Assembly (NCBI RefSeq): GCF_009914755.1
Contig: NC_060931.1
Reading direction: 5' to 3' (one strand)
Length of the DNA: 64,000 nt
Source: the human T2T-CHM13v2.0 reference genome, Homo sapiens
Below, one piece after another: positions 1 through 14,951 of this stretch. The position numbers and the translations under genes are program-made. The notes beneath the pieces are model-generated. The model was not told the DNA's origin. It searched no databases and worked only from the letters and a program-made list of their open reading frames with translations. How positions within the stretch are numbered: the stretch's first letter is position 1; each line of letters begins with the position of its first letter.

Positions 1-999
1 GGAAAAGACAGTCAACTTACTGGACAGGGACAGAGCAAGAGCAGTTCCAGGCAACCTTGGCTGAGTCATTGTCCTAGAGATCCACAATTTTACCTTGATT
101 TGGGCAGAATACTTGAGATTCATTTGATAACAGGAATCTCTCTCTACCTCTCTCTCTCTCTTTCTCTGGTCATTTTTCTCTTTTGTGGTTGAAATTTTCA
201 TTTGTATTTTCATATACTCTGGCATATTTATACTTGCAGATTTATATTTGTATTTTGTTCCTTAATTTTCATTTTCTTACAGATGATTTTCATAAACTTC
301 AGTTATTTTCATTACATCTAAACAAATTACATCTGAACTAGTTTTTCCAATCTAACTTCACCTCTTGGAGAATTTACCAAAAACATCTTTGAAGGCTTTA
401 TGTGTCTTTGGTTTCTCTTCCGCATTTTGCTAGTGGCTGGAACATAGAAGGGAGTCAGTAACCCCTTACAGAATTAGTACATTTCAGCATTTTGGGTTGG
501 TCCTAGCTTCAAAAGAACTTTCAGTGATAACATGTGTACTTCAGAGCCATTCATTTAAAGTGTTCTTTGAAAAATGTTTTGTAAATAGTTTTTATAGAAA
601 GTTAGAAAAATGAGTATGTAATATTCTCCTCAGTTTTTTAAACAACTCTCATTGATGGTGCTGCTAAACTTCAGAAGCCTAAAATATTTTTTAGCTATAT
701 TAGTTTTATTATAATTCAGGTGATTTTATTGCCATTTATATTACTTTTCTTATTATATTTGTATAAGAAAGTAGAGAAAATTACTTTTATTTCATGGTTA
801 TGAGTATGGCATTTTTTTCCATAATACTTCTCTACGCTTTTACTTTTTAATGTTAAATCTAACATTCCCTATCTGAACACATTTTCATAAGTATTATTGC
901 TGATTGCAGTGTATTTTTATGGCTATTTAAAAGCATAGTTGATTAAACCTGTGTGTTTTTAATGAAATTTTGCAGCAAATGAAATACTTCATTTGTTTT

Positions 1000-1660
<661 letters not shown>

Positions 1661-1689
1661 TTGGTGTCAGAGTGCCTATCAGGGAACCT

Positions 1690-1900
1690 GTTATGATAGC
1701 AGAACTGAAGGAAGGTCAGCACGATCTGAGCACAGAGAACAAAGAGGAGAGCAGTAAGACTGGAAAAGAAGGCAAGAGTCAAGCCATGTATGGACTTGAA
1801 GTTCACAGTAAGGACATTTATCCTAAGAACCAAGGGAAGCTATGATTTTCTGAGATTATCCTGGCTTTTGTTTAAAGAATGAATTGAAAAGGTGAGGGTT
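1690..1900 (-). mobile_element. L2 fragment
   Basis: Purine-rich L2-like text 'gtaaggacattttatcctaagaaccaagggaagctatgatttt'. Confidence 0.45.
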
Positions 1901-1916
1901 AGTCCAAATTAATTAG

Positions 1917-3960
<2,044 letters not shown>

Positions 3961-4596
3961 AGCAGAATATACTGTATGCATATGTCTATGAATAAGGCAG
4001 ACTCTTTTTCCTTGGGGAATTAAAAGCTGGGAGACAAGTTTCTATTATGGAAAAGAAAGTCATAGTTGTTGTAATCAGTCCTTTGTGGAAAGTAACTTGG
4101 GATAAATTCCATTTGTATTTGGCTTGTGATTGTTTGTATACAATTGATTGGTTATGTGGAGAATCCTAGATTTAGGTGCCACTACAATGGTGGAACATGA
4201 GATTGCCCTGTTGTTGAAAGTAATGTGGAGGTTGATGGGGGGCAGTATTATATTAAGGCTGCTGGGTGATGTACAGGGGAGGTAGAGTTTGGCTCTGCAT
4301 GCATGGACCACAGGACTCAGTCTTCCTAATTATTGATTCAGACCCTCCACCTCTTTTGTCTGTTTGTTTTTACTTTAGGCTCTCTTTTTCTCTTTTTCCC
4401 TACTCCCTGCTCGCCTCCCTCATCTTGTGGTTTATGCAGCAGTAAGTCCTGCTTGTTGTCTGTTCCTTTTATTACTTGATAAAGGATGTTTGGGTCTTCA
4501 GATTTTAGGTGATAAGCTTATAATTCTTAGCTATGAAATGTAATTGAAGCAATGAAGTGGATTGAAAGAGCATTGAGGTTAACCACAAAATCAGGA

Positions 4597-5165
<569 letters not shown>

Positions 5166-5618
5166 AAAAAATAGTGTAAGATATATTTTGAATAAGCATC
5201 ATTCATGAAGTAATTAAAATTTGTTTTTGTCAGCTGCTATTTTTAAAAAATTGCATTTTGTGATTGTAATCCTTCCTTGATTCTGGATAGAATCTTGGGC
5301 AGATTGAATTACTTTTCTGCTCTCTATTAGGTAGTATCACAAACGTAGTCTCAATTCTGTAACTAGAATATTTACTCCTAGCTATTAAACTGGCCTTAAG
5401 TAGTCATTCAAACTCATCCTCAAATATTTATTTTTCTCTTTCTGCATGCCAGGCCTTTGGAGAAGTGACATAGTGGTGGTGGTGTTTAGTTTTGCTCTTT
5501 CTAAAGAGAAAGATGAATAAAGATTCATCTCCTTCAGCATACATAGTTACTGTTTGGCTCTTAGCCTGGGTCAAAAAAGGTGAGAGTGGAGTAATAAGAA
5601 TGAATAAAGATATGGGGC

Positions 5619-5883
5619 TGGCCGGGCACAGTGGCTCATGCCTGTAATCCCAGCTGAGGTGGGCATATCACCTGAGGTCAGGAATTCGAGACCAGCCTTG
5701 CCAACATGGTGAAACCCTGTCTCTACTAAAAATACAAAAATTAGCTGGGCATGGTGGTAGGTGCCTAAATCCTAGCTACTTGGGGGTGCTGAGTCAGGAG
5801 AATCACTTGAGCCTGGGAGGCAGAGGTTTCAGTGAGCTGAGATTGTGCCATTGCACTCCAGCCTGGGCAACAAGAGCGAAACT

Positions 5884-5913
<30 letters not shown>
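5619..5913 (+). mobile_element. Alu (AluSq/Sx-like) with a small left-arm deletion
   Basis: Two arms and a long A-tail; 'cccagc|tgagg' lacks the consensus actttgggaggc. Confidence 0.95.
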
Positions 5914-5916
<3 letters not shown>

Positions 5917-5984
5917 CACTTAGGGCAGGTCCTACTGGACTGTCTGGCTTTTTGTTTGTTGGTGCTGATACATCCTTAAAGCTC

Positions 5985-6340
5985 ACCATATATACAGTGA
6001 AATACAATTCAGCCTTAAATAAAGAAGAAAATCCTGCCATATATGATAACATGGATGAACCTGGATGACATTATGCTAAGCAAAATAAGAAAGTCATAGA
6101 AAGACAAATACTGCATGATTACATTTATATGTGGGATTAAAAATAGTAAAATATATAGAATCAAAGAGGAGAATGGTGGTTTCCAGGATCAGTGGATATA
6201 GAGTTTCAGTTAGGCAAGATAAATAAGCTGTAGCGATCAGCTATACAGCATTGTACTTATAGTCAACAATATGTTGTACACCTAAAAATTTATTTAGAGG
6301 GTAGATGTCATGGTAAGTATCCTTACTGCGATAAACATAG
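5985..6340 (+). mobile_element. L1 (L1MA/MB-like) 3' end
   Basis: 'aacatggatgaacctggatgacattatgctaag...gacaaatactgcatgatt' followed by 3' UTR motifs. Confidence 0.8.
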
Positions 6341-6949
6341 AAGAAAAAAAAGCTGGCCATCTCCTGTGTGCTGTTACGTCCCTTCACAGGCTCCTTGCTG
6401 AGCTCTTGTGACCCCAGCTCTGAGTGATGCACATTTACCTTTGGCTGAAGCTCTCTGCCCCATATGCTGACTCTGTCTGCTGCATGGCCCGTTTTAGTAC
6501 ATGGGTATCTTTTACCCAGTAAACTCTGAGAAAGTGAGGTCAAGCTAACTCAATAGCTCAGTTCTGGCTTTGCTATCAAAGGACTTAGTATAGTTTTAGA
6601 TTTCCCAAATAGGAATCAGCCCCTGTCCACTATGCATCTACCTAAGGGTTGTGTGTGAAAATCTCCCAGTAGACCTGAGACTGATGGTAAAGGGGTACTT
6701 CTCCATTTCCCAGTAGGGATGAATGGGGTTCACAGCACGACTTTCTCCAAAGAGAATCTCCTCACAAACTTTTTTTTTTTCAAAATCTTCTTTTGATTAT
6801 TTTATATTTTTAAAGTGGGTAGAATGTTCAAGAGTTGTGCAACTTTTTCTCAAGGCTTCTTAAAATATTGGCATTTTCATCTGACATCTTACTTGGAATT
6901 TCATATTTTCATCCTGTTGTCTCATTCAAAACCCTAATCATCATCTTAT

Positions 6950-7185
6950 TATAATAGTTAATGGTTGTTGAGTGTTCACAATCACTCAGTGTTCTATGTG
7001 CTTTACATACATGAACTCATATAATTCGAAGAATTTTTAATACCATTAATTACTGTTAGTACTCTGATTTCATAGACGAGGGAAGTGAGGCTCAAGGGTA
7101 AATGACTTGTCCAAGAATGCTCAGCTGGGAAATGGCAAGGCTAGCATTCAAACCCAGGGAGACTATCTGCACAGTCCATGGTACA
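6950..7185 (-). mobile_element. MIR
   Basis: Antisense MIR core 'agacgagggaagtgaggctcaagggtaaatgacttgtccaag...attcaaacccagg'. Confidence 0.75.
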
Positions 7186-7746
7186 CAGGATCCCTCAAGC
7201 TGGGAATTCCTACTCACCTCACTCCCATTGAGCTGAGACCAGAATGGCCAGCAAAATGCCAGCAGTGCAATCATCAGGGGACAGAATGTTCTAGGTAGCA
7301 AGCTAGTATTGCTTTTCCTCCTGCAGTTCTGTAGCCTATTCCCTTTTTGTTTCTACTGTTATTGGTGCTTGATCCTCTCAGCTGATATTCCTGGTCTTCC
7401 CTGGAGTAGCCATTCAACTACTGTCATCTGTCACTTAGAACAAGAGTCTGTATAAAAAGCCCAAGACAACTTTTGGGTGATAAAATTGGGTGATAAAATC
7501 AATCTCCCGATAACTGATTACAGCTTTCTCCTAAAGGAAGGAAAGGAGGTCAACACATTTAGATTTGTTGAACTTTGGCAATTCATTATAGAGAAAGTAT
7601 GCATGTATATTTCAAATTGGTTTTGCTTTTCATACTTGATCTAGCTTCTAATTGTATTTTGAAATAAATAAATTTATTTTTCTTTAAAAAGGAAGCAAGG
7701 ACCCCGATATCTGGGTCTATGATACCTAAATAAGCCAAATTATTCA

Positions 7747-7900
7747 CCAGTGGTTCTCAACTGGGGTTCATAGGGGACATTCAGAAATGTCCAAGGGCTT
7801 TTAGATGTCACTATATCTGAAAGAAATGGTAGCATTTAGTTGGTGGGGCCAGGGCTGCTTAATGTCCTGACATGTACAGTCTCACACAAGAAATTATTCT
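7747..7900. mobile_element. hAT-Charlie relic (MER20-like)
   Basis: Starts with the hAT terminus 'cagtggttctcaact' and continues 'ggggacatt...aatgtc...ttagttggtggggccaggg'. Confidence 0.55.
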
Positions 7901-10204
7901 ACCTCATTGGTCTCTTGGAGAATATCACCATAGAGGCAGCTGAGGACAAAGGCCAAGGTGGGCTGTCTCACCTGTGCAGAACTAATCCTTTATTTCCTTG
8001 CCTTATCAGTAATAAAACACCAATCATCCATCTATTTGGAAACAATTGATATCTTGGCAGCTGGAATAAATAAATGACTTGCTTTAAAAAATAGCCAATT
8101 CTTCCTTTCCACGTCAATTGGAAGTGAATTGTGCACATTCACATACAGTCATGGTTTTGTGAAAGGAGATCTCAGGAGTGGAGGTGAACTGTGCACTTCC
8201 TAATACTGTGGGTCTGGGATGGGGAGTATGAAGTTATGCCACAAACGATGTGACTCTGTTTCTGCAGTCTCCCCTGGTGTTTGCAGCAGGATGAAGAGCT
8301 AAACACAAGTGTTTTTTAGAGCATTTTGGACCAGAACCCTCCCATTTGCCTTCAGGGACACCACATTTCTGGTAAACAAGGAAGAACTAGCTTTTTATTT
8401 TACATGTGGGCTGTCTCGAGTGAAAAGTTAAGGTAATTTTATTCACGTGGGTTTGCAAGGATAAAAAGCTTATTTTTTCCTGCCTGTCTCTGATATCGAA
8501 TATTGTTCTAGAAAAAATAACATTAGTTTACAACTTAAGGTCTGTTTATCACACAATCTTGTATATATTGGCAGCAACTTAATAACTTTATATTTAATCT
8601 TACTAATATTCTTCGCTTCTGTCTTCCAAAATGGCACTGGAACTTCATATAATAGATAATGGCTTGTCACCTTTGATTTCTACTTAATCTGAGAAAGGTT
8701 TTCTGATAATGTTTGAAAGGCCAGTAAATATAACTTGAGTCAACATTTTATCACTGAAGCTCACTACAAGCTAATGTTTACCCATTTTTATAAACTTTTA
8801 AAGAACAGCATCTCGTCACCCCCATAGTGCCAAATATTATCTCTGTCTACATTCTGTTCATCTTAGAACAGTTTCTTTTCTCTCTGTGTTGATTTCTTGT
8901 CATGCTAAGTAATTATTGTATAGACCTCTTAGTTTCACATGAACATCATCTTCCTTTAGCTCTGATGAATTTTAATTGTCTCCTAAAACTTCCCCTTGGC
9001 TTCAGTTTCTCAAAGAGATCAATAAAAGATAATTTGAATTCTTTACATAATTGACAGTGCCTCATTTCTCTTAGAGATGAGCTGACTTGACATTAGACCT
9101 AAGTCTTATCTATTTGACATGCACGAGATGAATGAAAATCATTTAGTCTGTATTATTCTCAAAGCCATCTCATTGTTGCTATGTTAAAAAAAATAGGATG
9201 AAGGATCTGTGATAAAAATAAAGATGAAATATTTATTTCATCTTTACAGATATGACTCTGCCCATGCAGCTCTTGAGGTGGTATCATAAGGGGAGTGAGT
9301 ATTGGCTTGAACTATTTGGGAACTTTAATAGAGGGTATTAGTGAGGAAATTAGGCTGGGAAGATGACTAGCCATGAAGGATGGCCCTCAAAGGGAAGCCA
9401 GTCTGCGTAGTATTGTGCTCAAAAGCATAGAGGAGCTCAGGCTGGTTGAGCAATAATTGCTTGTAAGAGCACTGATCCTGCAAGGCAGGACACGGTAGGG
9501 AGAGGATACCAAAAAAATGGTCAGTGTCAGGAGATCATCTACTTGCTCCCATCTATGGAGGTGGTAGAATGAGAGGTATGGAGAGCAGGATTATTTTTTT
9601 AAGGGAAAAATGGCCAAGAGGAACTGAGCAGGGCAGAGGAGCTTTCAGTTACTTGTGGTTTAGGTCCTGGGACAGGGAAATCAGTACTGGAGTGTTGGGG
9701 TAGGGAGTTAATGTGGGAGCCTTGCTTTTAGATTCAAATCAACATAGTATAGGGGAAAAAATTTTGTGCCCAACTCAGGGCAACAAAAGTACGAGTATGT
9801 TCTGTGTGGTAGTTAAAGAAGCATCAAGGCTCCAAGCCCCACCTACTAAATCTCAAAGCTTATAAAAAATTTGCATTAATTTTTTCTTTCTGATGAAAAA
9901 CACACACACAGTTTTTTAAAGGCAACTTAGAAAATATAACAAAGAATAACGAGAAAACAAAATCACCCATAACCTTACACCAAAGAATAGCTTCTTTTAA
10001 CAACGTGTTATACTACCTGCCCGTTTGTTTATCTGTTAGTCCCTTAACTTATCTTGAGCACTTGGGATTAGACAAGACCTCTTAAGATATTTCAAGTTGA
10101 TAATTTCCCCATGTCATTATATGTTCTCAAAAAGCAAGTTTAAAGTGTTTGTTAATACTTCATGATAGAGCCACAAATCGATTTTATCTCTTCAATGTTA
10201 AACA

Positions 10205-10325
10205 CATTCATTCATTCAATTAATGTTTGTTGGATGTCTACTTTGCATCAGGTACTGTTCTGGGTGCTGAAGATACTTCAGTGACCAAGGAAAAGTCTCA
10301 GCCTTCACAGAGCTCACAGCCTAGT
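10205..10325 (-). mobile_element. L2 3' fragment
   Basis: 'cattcattcattcaa...ctactttgcatcaggtactgttctgggtgctgaagatac'. Confidence 0.7.
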
Positions 10326-10894
10326 TACTTTACATTCCAATTGCTTCTATTTATATATATATTTTTTGCCATTATAAATAATGCTGGACACACACAATCC
10401 TTGTATAGCAATCTTTCACTCTATCTGTGATTATTTCTTTAGGCTATAATTATTTCAATAATATTTTAAACTTTTATCCAACTTTTACTATGAATACTTC
10501 AAAATACAAAAATGTTAAATGGATAACATTAAATACATATACGCTTATGTACAAACACATACATGTATATGTATAAGTGCACACACATTTGAAAGGAAAT
10601 TGCCAACTTGTGCACTTCATCTCAAAATGCTTCCGCATGTTATTTTCTAAAAAGGGAAAGTTTTTCCTATATAACCACAGTACCATTATCATCTAAAATA
10701 ATTAACAATCATTATGAAATATGAATCAACATCTTGTCCATATTCATTTCTTTCCCAATTTCTCCAAAGTTTCTTTTATAACTTAAAACCAATAGAATCC
10801 AAACAAGGTGATGTGTTGCAATTTGTTGTTATATCTATTTAGTTTTTTGTTTCTGTCTCTCCCCCTTTCTTCACCTCATCTCCCTGCCCACCCC

Positions 10895-13445
10895 TCGTTG
10901 AAATAGTTGTAGATTCACATACACTTCGGTGACATAATAAAGAAAAGATCTGTATACACTTTGCCCAGTTTCCCCCAATTGGAATGTTTTGCAAAACCAT
11001 AGTGTAATATCACAACTGGGTTGTTCACATTGATATAATCCAGCTTGTAAAAGAAATACTTATTCAGATTTGCTCAGGTTGTTATATGTGTGTGTGTATT
11101 AAGTTCTATATAATTTTTATCATCTGTGTAGGTTTGTATTTCCACCACTACAATCAAGACACTGAATAGTTCCAACACCATAGGATCTCTTTTGTTAATC
11201 TTTGATAACCACAACTGCACCCCTATTGTTTCCTAGCCCCACCCCATGCCCGACCCCTGGAAACCACTAATCTGTCCATCATTTCTGAAATTTTGTCATC
11301 TCAAAAATGGTATACAGTGTAACCATACAGAATGTCATCTTTTGGGATTGTTTTTTTTAACTCAGCATAATTTTCTGGAGAGTCATCCAAGTGGCTATAT
11401 TAATTGATAATTTTTTCTTTTTTATTGCTGAATTGTATTCCATGGTATGTATGTACTACAATTTATTTAACCATTCACTTGGTGAATGGACATCTGGACT
11501 AATTACAGTTTTTGGTTTTACAAACAAAGCTGCTATGAACATCTGTGTGCAAACTTTTGTGTGAACATACATTTTCATTTCTCTGGGATAAATGCCCAAG
11601 GGTGTAATTGTTAGATTCTATGATAGGTGCATGTTCAGTTTTTTTCAGAAATTGCTAAACTCTTCCAAAGTGGCCGTATTCCTGCCAGCAATGTGTGAGT
11701 GATCCAGTTTCTCTGCATACTCACCAACATTTGGTATCGTTAACTATTTTTCATTTTAGCCACTTTGATAGGTGTGTAGTTGATATGGTTTGGATTTGTG
11801 TCTCCGCCCAAATCTCATGTCAAATTGTAATCTCCAGTGTTGGAGGAGAGGCCTGGTGGGAGGTGATTGGATTGTGGGGAAAGATTTTCCCCTTGCTGTT
11901 CTCGTGATACTGAGTGAGTTCTCGTGAGGTCTGGTTGTTTAAAAGTGTGTAGCGCCTCCCTCTTCTCTCTCTTCCTCCTGCTCTTGCCATGTAAGACGAG
12001 CCTGCTTCCCCTTCACCTTCTGCCATGACTGTAAGTTTCCTGAGGCCTCCCCAGCCATGCTTCCTGTACAGCCTCTGGAACCATGAGACAATTAAACCTC
12101 TTTATTTGTAAATTACCCAGTCTCAGGTATTTCTTTATAGCAGTGTGAGAATGGACTAATATAGTAGTAATAGTTCATTGTGGTTTTAATTTGCATTTTC
12201 CTGATGGTTCATGATGTTAAGCATTTTTGTGTGTGTGCTTATTTGTCATCTGTATATTCTCTTCAATAAAATGTCTGTTCATGTCTTTTGCCTATTTTCT
12301 AATAGATTTTTTTTTTACTGCTAAATTTTGAGCATTCTTTACATATTCTAGATACTAGTCCTTTGTCACATACATGGTTTTCAAATATATTCTACCACTC
12401 TGTAGCTTGTTTTTTTTATCTTCTTCACCTGGTATTTCATAAATAAAAATTTTTATATTTTAATGAAGTCCAACTTGTTAAGTTTCCATGTTACTCTTTT
12501 GGTGTTGAGTCTAATAACACTTTGCTTAGTGTTAAATCTGGAATATATTCTGCTTTTTTTCCCTAAAAGTTTTATAGTTTTTACTTTTAAGTTAATGATC
12601 CATTCTAAATTACTTTTTGTACAAGGTTTGAAGTTTCAGTCAAGGTTAATCTTTTTTTTTTTTGGCCTATGTTCAGTTGCTCAAGTCCCATTTGTTGAAA
12701 AGGCTATCCTTCTTTCATTGAGTTGCTTTTGCACTTTTATTAAAAATCTGTTAGGCATATTTATGTGGTTCTATTTCTACTTTTTTCTCTTCTGATCCAT
12801 TGGTCTATGTGTCTGTCCCTCCACCAATACCACATAGTCTTCATTACTGTAGCTATATATTATGTCTTGAAGTTAAGTAGAGTGATTTTCCCCCCATTTT
12901 ATTCTTTTTTGTTTAATTTATTTTTAGCTATTCTAGGACCTGTACCTTTCCATATGAATTTTAGAATAAGTGTTATGGCTTTCCATATGAATTTTAAAAT
13001 AAACTTATCTATGTCTACAAGACACCTTGCTGGAATTTTGATAGAAATTGCATTAAAGCAATTTGGGAGGAGCTGACGTTATTACTATGTTCAGTATTCC
13101 AATCCATGAGTATTTTATGTCTCTCCATTTATTCAGATTTTCTTCAATTTCTTTCATTAGTATTTTGTAATTTTCAGCATTCAGATCATTTTTTTGGTTA
13201 GGTATATACCTAAGTATTTTCTTTGAAATAATTGTGAATGATATTATGCTTTAAATTTCAGTTTCTACATATTTATTGTTGGCATATAGAAATGTGATTG
13301 ATTTTTGTGTGTTGATTTTGTATCCTCTGGTCTTGCTGAACTCACTTATTCTAAGATTTTTTTATAGATTCCTTGGAATAATATTTAATCACATTATTTA
13401 CAAATAGAGATAATTTTATTTCTTCCTTTGCAATGTGTATATTTT
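10895..13445 (-). mobile_element. L1 (L1MC1-3-like) 3' UTR plus ORF2 3' portion
   Basis: 'gtagattcacat...cccagtttcccccaat' 3' end; antisense ORF2 motifs ('ccatttgttgaaaagg', 'gattgatttttgtgtgttgattttgtatcct'). Confidence 0.8.
11781..12163 (+). mobile_element. MaLR solo LTR (MSTA/MSTB-like) nested in L1
   Basis: tgatatggtttggat start, 'ctcaggtatttctttatagcagtgtgagaatggactaatata' end, perfect 5-bp TSD gtagt. Confidence 0.92.
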
Positions 13446-14139
13446 CTGCAGCATCTTTTAATCTAGTCTAGTTTACTACTTTTTTCCCCTAAAAAGGGGA
13501 ATATTTTTGAAGATATCAGTACAGTTGTCTTGTAGGACATGCCAACTGGGTTTGTTCATTGTTCTCCTGCGGTGTCATTTAGCCTGGTCCTTCATTTCTG
13601 CTTTTCTTGTAAACTGGACCATTACATCTAGAGGCTTGAGGAGATTTAGGTTAAATATTTTTGGGAAGAATATTTCTTAAGTTATGCTGTGTACCTCATG
13701 CTGTATGACAATAGGAGACTTTATAATATCAAGTTGTCTCATTATCGTGACGCTAAGTCTGATTGTTTGGTTAAAGTGTAGACTGCAAAATCTTTCCTGT
13801 GTCAAGATGCATGATTATTTTACTTAGCAATTTCTGGCATAGTTCTTTGGCACTGTGAGGATAGCCTATTCCCCAGTGATCCTTTCTGTTATGGTTTAGA
13901 ATGCATTGATAATCTTTGCCTGAATCAACCATTTTATTAAGCTTTGTAAAATGGTGACTTTTAGTTCTTTTATTCCTTCTTAATTTATGAACTGACATTC
14001 TTCTGCGGTGGTTTATCTTATCAACTAGAATGGAACTATATTTTTCCCTCTAAAGTCAGGGTAAATGCTTAGTTCTTTTTTTATTATAAATTTTCAGGAC
14101 TATGGTATAATCATTACCTCCATAGTTCAAACTATTCAT

Positions 14140-14232
14140 TTCTTCCTTCCTTTCTTCTTCCTTCATTCCCTTTCTTCTTTTCTTGCAGTTTTCCTCCCTT
14201 CCTTCTTCCCTCCCTTTCTCTTTTTCTTGCTT
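14140..14232. repeat. CT-rich low-complexity tract
   Basis: (ttcc/ttct)n-like pyrimidine run. Confidence 0.7.
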
Positions 14233-14848
14233 TCATTACTGATGTCACAGAAGACCTTACATTTTTCAATGCTTTTCAATCAATTATTGCCATTATTCTT
14301 TCTGATACTCAAATGTCTCAAACCTGGCCAATGGAAGCTCCTTTAAACGGTCTCTCATGTCGTTTTAACATCAATTTATTATTCTTTGTGCACTTGCTTG
14401 CTTTCTGGAACAAGATCTCCTAGGCTGTCCTATATTTTTTGTGCCTTGAATCTAAAATCAAGGACCTCTGGCTCCTTGGCTGAGGAATGGTATTTTTACT
14501 CTTCCTGATTCCCTCTGTCCTTTGATTTGGATGTTACAGTCTCTGAAAGGAAGCAACCTCCAGGACACTATGCAATGTTTCCAGGGGCCCTATTATTTTT
14601 TCTTTTCCTTAAATAGCAAACATGATTAATGCCAAGGTTAGTGTTTCTAATGTTTGGTCCCAGAGTGAGGCCTAACAATGTATCTTGTAAAAACTCAGAC
14701 ATACTCAGGAATGTCTATAGCTTTGACAGAACCAGGCTGCTGGGATGCCACTTGCTTAAAAAACTTAGAAATATTATAGAAATTAAACATGACCAGGCAA
14801 TTGAGATTGACTGTGGCCCTTGATTCAGATTTTACATAAGTGTAAAAT

Positions 14849-14951
14849 TTTTTTTTAACTCAGCATAATTTTCTGGAGAGTCATCCAAGTGGCTATATTA
14901 ATTGATAATATTTTTCCTTTTTATTGCTGAATTATATTCCACGGTATGTAT
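14849..14951 (+). repeat. Dispersed near-identical copy of 11351-11452
   Basis: Alignment by eye gives ~100 bp with 3 substitutions and one 1-bp indel. Confidence 0.95.

Larger units (their letters stand above)
10470..14500 (-). mobile_element. Old L1 (L1MC4/5-like) 3' region, split by a younger L1
   Basis: 3' UTR-type motifs at 10470-10850 resume at ~13450-14500. Confidence 0.55.

Noticed and set aside
21-73. Possible 53-nt minus-strand exon (ctctag|...|gtaagt) overlapping an AP-1 site
   Set aside because: The donor is good, but the acceptor has no real pyrimidine tract and the peptide is unrecognisable.
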